From assembly GCA_964343245.1 (NCBI GenBank), contig CAYFIU010000002.1, positions 1-37,065 on the forward strand: a stretch of 37,065 nucleotides of DNA. Reading direction: 5' to 3'. The DNA comes from Candidatus Woesearchaeota archaeon. Lineage in GTDB: Archaea; Nanobdellota; Nanobdellia; SCGC-AAA011-G17; GW2011-AR17. Position 1 is the first letter of the stretch. Each line of letters begins with the position of its first letter. The notes beneath the pieces were generated by a model. It saw only the letters and a program-made list of their open reading frames with translations. It ran no database searches and was not told the origin of the DNA. Shown here piece by piece: positions 24,343-30,930 of this stretch. The position numbers were made by a program, and so were the translations under genes.

Positions 24343-24354
24343 GTTTTTTAAACT
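24333..24354 (+). repeat. 22-nt perfect direct repeat, copy 2
   Basis: Covers the last codons (LE*) of the 287-aa ORF plus the TATA box for the MFS gene. In both copies the ATG lies 21 nt after the repeat end. Confidence 0.85.
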
Positions 24355-24374
24355 ATGATGCTTCATAATATGTT

Positions 24375-25502
24375 ATGCAATTGATTAGAGAATATCATTT
24401 GAAGTCTTTGTTTTCTAGAGAATTATTTGAAATATACTTTTTGTTAGGTATGAGAGCTTTTTCTCTGTCTCTTATTGGGTTATTTTTGCCTATATACCTT
24501 TATTCTGAATTGGCTTATAGTTTAAATGGTGTTATTTATTTTCAACTTGCGTTTTGTATAGCTTTTGCACTTTTTCAGTTTATTGCAACAAGAGTTGTAT
24601 CTGAGTTTGGAGCAAAACATTCAATGATTGCAAGTATTCCTTTGTTTATGGCTTCTTTAACCTTAATTATATTCCTTAAAAGTTATGCTTTTTTGTTTTA
24701 TCCTGCTGCGATTCTGCTTGGTTTACAAGCTGCTTTGTTTTGGGTAGGGTTTCATGTTGATGCTGTTTTGAATGGGAAGAAAAAGAATTTTGGAAAAGAG
24801 TCAGCAATTATTAGTTCTTTAACTATGTTGCCTTCTGTTATTGGTCCTGTTTTGGGAGCCTTTTTGATTTTACTCTTTAGTTTTAATGTTTTGTTTATAG
24901 TTGCTCTTTTAGTTATTGCTGTATCTTTTATCCCTTTGTTGTTTTCAAAAGAAGTTTATTCAAAGCATGATTTGGATATTGGTGCTTTTTTTAATAAAAA
25001 ACATTTGAAATACTTTTTTGGTTATCTATCTCAGGGTATGGCTCATGTTGCTGGAGGCGTTTTTTGGCCTATATTTATTTTCCTTATTCTTGGAAGTTAT
25101 GTTTCTCTTGGGATTTATGGAACAATTGCTACATTTGTTGTTGTGATTGTTACTTTAATACTTGGTAAGTTCTCTGATGAGGGTAATAAAAGTTTAATTA
25201 TGAGAATTGCTGCAATATTTAATTCATTATTTTGGATTTTGAAAATATTTGTATCTAACTTATTCCAAATCTTTGCTATCGGTTCTTTAAGAAACCTAAG
25301 TTCGCATGCTATTGATGTACCATTTTTGGCTAAGTCTTATGGTAAAGCTAAGAAAAATCATCAAATAGGGTTTTTGTTGTACAGAGAAACCAGTTTGAGG
25401 ATTGGACAAATCTTTTGCTTGTTATTAGTTCTAATTTTTGGTAATATTAAGGTAGCTTTTGGTGCAGCAGGAGTGGCATCATTACTATTTTTGCTGTTCT
25501 AA
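24375..25502 (+). CDS. MFS-type transporter
   Basis: 375 aa with about 10-12 hydrophobic helices and a central charged loop 'NGKKKNFGKE'. Confidence 0.65.
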   Translation: MQLIREYHLKSLFSRELFEIYFLLGMRAFSLSLIGLFLPIYLYSELAYSLNGVIYFQLAFCIAFALFQFIATRVVSEFGAKHSMIASIPLFMASLTLIIFLKSYAFLFYPAAILLGLQAALFWVGFHVDAVLNGKKKNFGKESAIISSLTMLPSVIGPVLGAFLILLFSFNVLFIVALLVIAVSFIPLLFSKEVYSKHDLDIGAFFNKKHLKYFFGYLSQGMAHVAGGVFWPIFIFLILGSYVSLGIYGTIATFVVVIVTLILGKFSDEGNKSLIMRIAAIFNSLFWILKIFVSNLFQIFAIGSLRNLSSHAIDVPFLAKSYGKAKKNHQIGFLLYRETSLRIGQIFCLLLVLIFGNIKVAFGAAGVASLLFLLF

Positions 25503-25535
25503 AAGTTTAAATAGTTCTTTTACTTTATTTTTGTT

Positions 25536-26333
25536 ATGTATAAGAAGCTTGAAAAGTTGTTATGTCAAAGGGTAGTTTTAAATGATAAGAAGTATAAACT
25601 AGTTAAGAAACTAGAAAAATCTAACTTTTTTGATAGGTTGTCTTTGTTAGGAAAGATTCATCTTATAATCAATAAACAGTTATCATTGAATAAGAAAGTT
25701 CGGAAATCTTTGCTTAATGTGGATAAAAGATTGACTGTTGTTATTGAACCTGTTTATTCTGTTTTACAAGAAACTTATGTAGTTTTGAACAAGCAAAATA
25801 AGGTTTTTTACAAAATTAATTTTTTAACTCTTTTGAGTGGAGGATATTTTAAAAAATGTTTAGCAGAGTATCGTGTGTTGTACTCTCAAGAAATTGATTT
25901 GAATCATGTGTTCGTTGAAAAAAAGTTATTTAGTTCTTTTCCTGAAAGTTATGATCCTAAAAAGTTGAAAAATGCTTGGAAATTATTGTTAGAATTGCAA
26001 AGTGAGCTTAGGATTATGGTTAGGAATGTTGGAAACACTAGAGTTGTTAAAGCGCATGGTAAGCATGCTTTGAAATTAATTTCTTTGATTCAAAAAACTG
26101 AATTGTATGGATTTATTCAGAATGATGTTGAGTATGTTAAGAAGAAGGTTAAGTTGATGATAAAAAATCCTAAGGAAAATAAGTTGGCTTATGTTCTTGG
26201 TACTTTTTATATTGTTTCTCCTGGAACCTTTGAATTAACTGGAGCTGTCTTGTTTGTGAAGTATATTGGGCAGTATTCTTATGCTAAGGTTAAGAAAATT
26301 AAAGGGAAAGCTTTAAAATATAAGGCCTCTTGA
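25536..26333 (+). CDS. hypothetical Lys-rich protein (265 aa)
   Basis: ATG start with the TATA 'gtttaaatag' at 25505..25514 (-22). No family recognised. Confidence 0.45.
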   Translation: MYKKLEKLLCQRVVLNDKKYKLVKKLEKSNFFDRLSLLGKIHLIINKQLSLNKKVRKSLLNVDKRLTVVIEPVYSVLQETYVVLNKQNKVFYKINFLTLLSGGYFKKCLAEYRVLYSQEIDLNHVFVEKKLFSSFPESYDPKKLKNAWKLLLELQSELRIMVRNVGNTRVVKAHGKHALKLISLIQKTELYGFIQNDVEYVKKKVKLMIKNPKENKLAYVLGTFYIVSPGTFELTGAVLFVKYIGQYSYAKVKKIKGKALKYKAS

Positions 26334-26341
26334 GATTATCT

Positions 26342-26596
26342 ATGACATTTTTATCTTATCTTGCTACTGTTTTTGGTACTGCTATGGCTCTAGGGAATCT
26401 GCCACAGGCTTATAGAATCTTTAGAAGAAAAAGTGCTAAAGATCTTTCCATTTTAACCTTTTCTATTTGGTTTGTTGGTGCTTTGATTTGGATTATGTAT
26501 GGTTTAGAATTAGGGGACTCACCTTTAGTTATTGCTAACACTATTGGTTTCTTTACTTTGGGTTTGGTTATTATTGGTTGGGCTTTGTATAGGTAG
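26342..26596 (+). CDS. SemiSWEET / PQ-loop 3-TM sugar transporter
   Basis: 'LPQAYRIFRRKSAKDLS' is a PQ-loop motif, and three TM helices are predicted. The track's TTG start (26330) is replaced by the ATG at 26342 on TATA spacing. Confidence 0.65.
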   Translation: MTFLSYLATVFGTAMALGNLPQAYRIFRRKSAKDLSILTFSIWFVGALIWIMYGLELGDSPLVIANTIGFFTLGLVIIGWALYR

Positions 26597-26620
26597 TTTT
26601 ATAAATTCTAACTAAAAATA

Positions 26621-26642
26621 ATCAAGTTCTTGTAGACTTGAT
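26621..26642. terminator. 7-bp inverted repeat between convergent genes
   Basis: ATCAAGT-tcttgtag-ACTTGAT lies between the SemiSWEET gene (+) and the methyltransferase gene (-). Confidence 0.3.
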
Positions 26643-26653
26643 GAAAAGAATGC

Positions 26654-27265
26654 TTAATCCTTAGTTGCTATTGTTGAAGGGGCTTTCCTGCCAACACAAG
26701 GGCCATCTTTTACTTTGAAGCCTGCTTTTTGAAGATTTTTTCTCACTTGTGATGCGCATGAGTAGGTTGTTAAAATTCCCTTTGTTTGCATTTTCTTGTA
26801 TATTTCTTTGAAAAACTCTGTTGTCCATAACTCTGGGCATTTCTTTGGTGAGAAAGGGTCAAGGAACACAATATCAAACTTTTCTTGAATTGTTTTTATG
26901 GTTTGTTTTGCATCACCTAGAACTAGCTTTAGATTGTAATTAGAATCTTTGTAATTGTGTTTTTTTGCTAGCTGTTTAATTATTTCATATTCTTTGTCAA
27001 TGTCTATAGTTTGTAATGCTTCTAATATTCCTTTATCGTTTTCTAGGGCTATTATTTTTAGATTCTTTGCTGTTTTGATTGCGGCATAGCTGTTGTATCC
27101 CAACCCAAAGCAAATGTCTAGAATGACTTTGTTATCAGATACTTTTGATGGTTCTATGAACTTTTTGTAGGATTCTTCTAATGCTCCTGAAGTAGAATGG
27201 TATGTTTCGTCGTATTCTTTGTTGTGGAATGTTAAAGAATTATCTTTTGTTTTTACTAATTGCAT
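26654..27265 (-). CDS. MnmC-like SAM-dependent tRNA methyltransferase (DUF752 type)
   Basis: Carries 'ETYHSTSGALEES', 'ILDICFGLGYN' and 'VFLDPFSPKKCPELWTTEFF...TYSCASQVRKNLQKAGFKV'. Confidence 0.65.
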   Translation of the reverse strand: MQLVKTKDNSLTFHNKEYDETYHSTSGALEESYKKFIEPSKVSDNKVILDICFGLGYNSYAAIKTAKNLKIIALENDKGILEALQTIDIDKEYEIIKQLAKKHNYKDSNYNLKLVLGDAKQTIKTIQEKFDIVFLDPFSPKKCPELWTTEFFKEIYKKMQTKGILTTYSCASQVRKNLQKAGFKVKDGPCVGRKAPSTIATKD

Positions 27266-27731
27266 TTTTGATTATCTTTATTAGTTCTGCTTTTTTGCCT
27301 TTTGTGGTGTCAATTACAATAATGTTGTGTTTGTTTTCTGCAGCTTCCATTAAACAGATGTCAAAAATCTCAGCTTCCATGTTTTCTTTGATTTTGTTTT
27401 TTGGATACTTTCTTTTTTCTAACCTTTTCTTTAAAGTTTTTAGGTCGGTTTTTGTAACAATGCAGAAATCCACGAATTTGGCTTTAATGAAGTGTGCTAA
27501 GTGTGAATCTATCACTAATTTTTTCTCTTCTTTTATGATCTTTTCTAGAATTTTGCTTAGCTTCTTTTCGTCGACAACATTAGTTTTTCTTTTTTTGTCA
27601 ACACTTTCTATTAGCTTGTGTTTGTCTATTACTTTATTCACATCTAGGTATGTATGATTTAGAGTTTTTGCTAGTGTTTTAGCTAGTGTACTCTTGCCTG
27701 TTCCTGGTGTTCCTGTGAAAAGTATTATCAT
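27240..27731 (-). CDS. adenylate kinase-like NTPase (AK6/Fap7 type)
   Basis: Carries the P-loop 'ILFTGTPGTGKST'. 163 aa. Overlaps the downstream methyltransferase start by 26 nt. Confidence 0.65.
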   Translation of the reverse strand: MIILFTGTPGTGKSTLAKTLAKTLNHTYLDVNKVIDKHKLIESVDKKRKTNVVDEKKLSKILEKIIKEEKKLVIDSHLAHFIKAKFVDFCIVTKTDLKTLKKRLEKRKYPKNKIKENMEAEIFDICLMEAAENKHNIIVIDTTKGKKAELIKIIKNAISKNKR

Positions 27732-27754
27732 TTTATTAATTGGATTTTTGGGTG

Positions 27755-27762
27755 TTTATAAA
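27755..27762 (-). promoter_or_regulatory. TATA box for the AK6-like gene
   Basis: 'tttataaa' lies 24 nt upstream of the ATG at 27731 on the minus strand. Confidence 0.45.
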
Positions 27763-27774
27763 CTTTTTCAAAAG

Positions 27775-27783
27775 ATTTAAAAA
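27775..27783 (+). promoter_or_regulatory. TATA box for the 27806 gene
   Basis: 'atttaaaaa' lies 23 nt upstream of the ATG at 27806. Confidence 0.45.
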
Positions 27784-27805
27784 GGTGTTTTAGCACTATA
27801 TTGGT

Positions 27806-28279
27806 ATGTATCAAAAGACACTTTCATTATTTTTAGCTTTGGTTGCTTTAATTTGTATTGGTTATGGAACTACTGGTTTTTATGTTATGGATTATAGTTT
27901 CCCTATCTGTGCTACTGATGCTGATTGTGAAACTGGTGTGTGTTGTGATGTTGGTGATCATGGATTGTGTGCTGAACAGAGTGAGTGTGCAGGTTTGGAG
28001 AATGCAGTGAGTGATAGTGTTTCTCAGATTAGTTCTTGGGATGATGGAGAGTACGATGAAAGTTTGCGTGATAGTGCTTGGGATGATTATTCTAACAATG
28101 CTGTAGCGATTGTTCTTGGAGGGATTATTTTATTGATAATCATTATGGTTGCGATTGTTGAGTATGATGTTGAAAGAAAAGCTAAGAAGAAAAAGCCTAG
28201 AAAGAAAGCTGTGAAAAAGAAAGTTAAGCGAAAGGTTAAGAGAAAAGTTAAACGAAAAAAGGCTAAGCGAAAGAAGTGA
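27806..28279 (+). CDS. membrane protein with a Cys-rich acidic ectodomain and polybasic C-terminal tail
   Basis: Has an N-terminal signal or anchor, then 'CATDADCETGVCCDVGDHGLCAEQSEC', a central TM 'AVAIVLGGIILLIIIMVAIV', and the tail 'KKKKPRKKAVKKKVKRKVKRKVKRKKAKRKK'. Confidence 0.5.
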   Translation: MYQKTLSLFLALVALICIGYGTTGFYVMDYSFPICATDADCETGVCCDVGDHGLCAEQSECAGLENAVSDSVSQISSWDDGEYDESLRDSAWDDYSNNAVAIVLGGIILLIIIMVAIVEYDVERKAKKKKPRKKAVKKKVKRKVKRKVKRKKAKRKK

Positions 28280-28333
28280 TAATTGTTTTGTTCTACACAA
28301 ATGTTTTTAAGGTGGTTTTATTTTTTACTATTT

Positions 28334-28630
28334 ATGAAGCCAAGTGATATGGATAGTATGTTTTTAGAAGAAACAAGGCATAGAATTATTGGTGGTGGAT
28401 TGAGTCCTTTTGTTGCTTTTGGGTTCCCCCTTGCAGTCAAAGATTATAGAGGGGCTACTGGTAATGTTTTTTTGCCTACATCTTCTTATGAAGGTCCAAT
28501 TAGGGATTTTGGATTTTATACTAAAGTACAAGGTGAGTTATGTGTTGGTATAACTAAGGTGATTGAAGATGAAAGTTATGGAGCTGGTGATTTGAGGCTT
28601 ATTTCTGGTTTATTAATCCCTCCAATGTAA
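28334..28630 (+). CDS. hypothetical protein (98 aa), possibly the 5' part of a disrupted gene
   Basis: I prefer the ATG at 28334, with the TATA-like 'tttttaa' at 28304..28310 (-24). The same frame stays open for about 49 more codons past the TAA at 28628. Confidence 0.35.
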   Translation: MKPSDMDSMFLEETRHRIIGGGLSPFVAFGFPLAVKDYRGATGNVFLPTSSYEGPIRDFGFYTKVQGELCVGITKVIEDESYGAGDLRLISGLLIPPM

Positions 28631-28734
28631 AGAAAAGAGCAGGATGTTTTTGCATATCTGTTAGTTGGTGCTGGTGGTGATCATCCCGATAGTGTAGAAG
28701 CTCAATATGAAATTGATAGATTAGGTACATTGTT

Positions 28735-28917
28735 TTGCATGCTTGTGTTGATAATCATTGTTTTGGTGAACGTGCCTTAGAACCAATTATCCCTGCTTGG
28801 GTTTGTGCTGATTATAATTTTAATGGGTGGGAATTAGGCTGGAAAGAACTAGATCATCGATTGAATCACCCTGAGGTCGCTAATTTTATTCAGAGATTAA
28901 AAAATGGTGAGGCTTAG
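28735..28917 (+). pseudogene. ORF fragment without any ATG (TTG-initiated in the track), possibly the 3' remnant of the preceding gene
   Basis: The 60-aa product contains no Met and has no promoter box at the usual spacing. It overlaps the read-through frame of 28334..28630 and is offset by one frame. Confidence 0.25.
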
Positions 28918-29582
28918 TGTTCAATAAGTGTGCCTTGGCAATTCTTGTTTGAAAGTACTTTGTCTAAGTTGTTATTGCCTTTTAGAATGATTGTTGGGAT
29001 GTTGTGTTGTTTTATTATTTTGCTTGCTATCTGATCCAGTACAAAGTGTTGGCCTGCTTGGTATTTGATCTTTTGAACAATTTTGTTAAAATCTTTGTGT
29101 GAAATATGTTTAATGAATTTTGCAGTTTTGTATTTGTTTGGGTCTTTACTGTAAAGTCCTTTAACATTTGTCATGTTAATGAAGTATTTTGCTTTGAACA
29201 CTTGTGCAACTTCTGCTGCGTTTGCATCTGAGGTAAGGCCTGGTCTGTGTCCTAAGGCACCACAAATGATGATTCTTCCTTTTTGTTTTTTCAGTTCTGC
29301 TAAAGTTTCTGGGATTTTATGTTTTATTTTAAAGAAACCTGAAACTAATTTTGCGTTTAACTTTGTTGATGCAATGCCTATAATTGAAGCAATCTTTTCT
29401 GAGAGCTTTTCTTTTCTTACAGCTTCAATATATGTTCTTGCAGTTTTGCCGCCACCTGTAACAATGATAAATCTGTATTTTTTGTGTTTTTGTATAACTT
29501 TTTTGAAAGCTTCTAAGAATTTGTAGTCCACTTTGTCTGGGATGATTGCTGATCCTCCCAAAGAAATTACTATTGTTTGCAT
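28914..29582 (-). CDS. pyrH: uridylate (UMP) kinase, archaeal type
   Basis: An amino-acid-kinase fold is indicated by 'IVISLGGSAI', 'IIVTGGGKTARTYI', 'GHRPGLTSDANAAEVA' and 'NVKGLYSKDP'. 222 aa. Confidence 0.75.
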   Translation of the reverse strand: MQTIVISLGGSAIIPDKVDYKFLEAFKKVIQKHKKYRFIIVTGGGKTARTYIEAVRKEKLSEKIASIIGIASTKLNAKLVSGFFKIKHKIPETLAELKKQKGRIIICGALGHRPGLTSDANAAEVAQVFKAKYFINMTNVKGLYSKDPNKYKTAKFIKHISHKDFNKIVQKIKYQAGQHFVLDQIASKIIKQHNIPTIILKGNNNLDKVLSNKNCQGTLIEH

Positions 29583-29630
29583 AGAATTATACTGGCTTAG
29601 AAAGTTTATATTTGTTTCTAATAAAAACTA

Positions 29631-29924
29631 TCATGGCAAATGTATTCTGTGCATACATTTTTCATAGTCACTTAGACACCATAATTGTAATTCTGTAGTT
29701 CCTTGGTGACGCATGTATGCTGGGTGATTTGGATGAGGGTCTCTTCTAGAATCATCTCTAATGCCAAGTCCACAGTAGAGAAAGCATCTACCTTTTCTTT
29801 TTAAGTTAGGACATCTTTGTGTTGCTGTTTTTTCAGCCTCTTTAATAATTTCCTCTGTTTCAGGTTGTATAAGATCATCAAAACTTCTTACATCTGTCCA
29901 TGTAATAGGTGCTTCATCTGCCAT
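29631..29924 (-). CDS. hypothetical Cys/His-rich protein (97 aa)
   Basis: ATG start with the TATA 'ttttataa' at 29946..29953 (-22). Carries 'RCPNLKRKGRCFLYC...HPNHPAYMRH...WCLSDYEKCMHRIH'. No family recognised. Confidence 0.4.
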   Translation of the reverse strand: MADEAPITWTDVRSFDDLIQPETEEIIKEAEKTATQRCPNLKRKGRCFLYCGLGIRDDSRRDPHPNHPAYMRHQGTTELQLWCLSDYEKCMHRIHLP

Positions 29925-29959
29925 ATTTAAACTAATTAATCCTTATTTTATAAGATTTG

Positions 29960-30241
29960 TTAATTTACAGTAAACAGTCTAGAATCATGTACATCAAACA
30001 TACCAATCCTTGCACCTGCGTCTAGCCAGCCGTGTGCGTAATTAAGTGCTGCAAAGGCATTAACTTTGTTTCCTTGCTCTTCAAAGTGTTTTGCATCTTT
30101 GATGTATCTTTCTATCATATCTAAGAAATCTGCTCTTGCTTCTGGCATGTTTAACTTGTCTTTTGATCCCTTAGCCATTTCAAAAGCTTCTTTTGTTATT
30201 GCAAAGTACTTTTCTAACTTTTCATCAGTTATCTCTTTCAT
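29960..30241 (-). CDS. DUF357-family protein
   Basis: 93 aa and helical. '[21 protein letters not shown]' matches my recollection of archaeal DUF357. Confidence 0.55.
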   Translation of the reverse strand: MKEITDEKLEKYFAITKEAFEMAKGSKDKLNMPEARADFLDMIERYIKDAKHFEEQGNKVNAFAALNYAHGWLDAGARIGMFDVHDSRLFTVN

Positions 30242-30267
30242 AGGTTTTAGAAAATTGGGTGCTTTTA

Positions 30268-30897
30268 TTAAGGTTGTGGTAGGTATGGGTTTACTGCTTC
30301 CATTATAGCTGAGTATACTTCTTCTTTTGGTGGGGTGGCATCTATAGTTATAAATTTTCTACCTGGAAAATTTTGTGGTAACTCTAAAAATGCTTGTCTT
30401 ACTGTTTGGTGAAAAGGTAATTTTTCAGCATCAATTCTATCAAGGAGTCCTCTTGCTCCAACCCTTCTTAAACCTTCTTTGGGTTCAATATCAAGGATAA
30501 TTGTTAAGTCTGGAATTGCAATATAACCTCCTGCAAATTGTCCTCTAAAAAAATCAGGGTCTACTCCTCTTGTGCAGACTTGATAAGCCCAACTAGAATA
30601 GAAACTTCTATCTGCTAAGACCATTTCTCCTCTAGTTAGTGCTGGTTGGATTACACTGTGATTTAATTCAGTCCTTGCTAGGAAAAACAAGAGCATTTCA
30701 GTAGCATCACAGAATTTTGGACCTTCTTTCCCTAAAAGCAATCCTCTTATTGTGTTCCCTAGAGCTGTACCTCCTGGTTCTCTTGTTGTGTGTACAGTGT
30801 AACCTCTATCTCCTAGTTCATCTTTAAGATATGCTATTTGGGTGGTTTTTCCAGTTCCTTCTCCACCTTCAAATGCTAGATATAAACCGTCTGTCAT
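30268..30897 (-). CDS. tmk: thymidylate kinase (bacterial-type sequence)
   Basis: Carries '[12 protein letters not shown]', 'TREPGGT' and '[12 protein letters not shown]'. 209 aa. Confidence 0.9.
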   Translation of the reverse strand: MTDGLYLAFEGGEGTGKTTQIAYLKDELGDRGYTVHTTREPGGTALGNTIRGLLLGKEGPKFCDATEMLLFFLARTELNHSVIQPALTRGEMVLADRSFYSSWAYQVCTRGVDPDFFRGQFAGGYIAIPDLTIILDIEPKEGLRRVGARGLLDRIDAEKLPFHQTVRQAFLELPQNFPGRKFITIDATPPKEEVYSAIMEAVNPYLPQP

Positions 30898-30930
30898 AAA
30901 TTAGGTTTCAATTAAAATAGTTAAAAAGAA

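Noticed and set aside
27202-27657. 151-aa plus-strand ORF overlapping the AK6-like gene
   Set aside because: It is antisense to a P-loop kinase with clear motifs. Its translation is Phe/Leu/Ser-rich low complexity, and no TATA box lies at the expected distance.
28190-28279. 12-nt tandem repeats as a non-coding microsatellite
   Set aside because: They lie in frame within the ORF and encode the KVKRK polybasic tail. They are treated as coding low complexity.
28631-28734. A second BHB intron joining ORF 28334-28630 to ORF 28735-28917
   Set aside because: I could not find a 4-bp helix flanked by two 3-nt bulges at positions that would restore a frame. Two separate lesions (a stop and a frame change) fit decay better. 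It is kept only as a low-confidence alternative.
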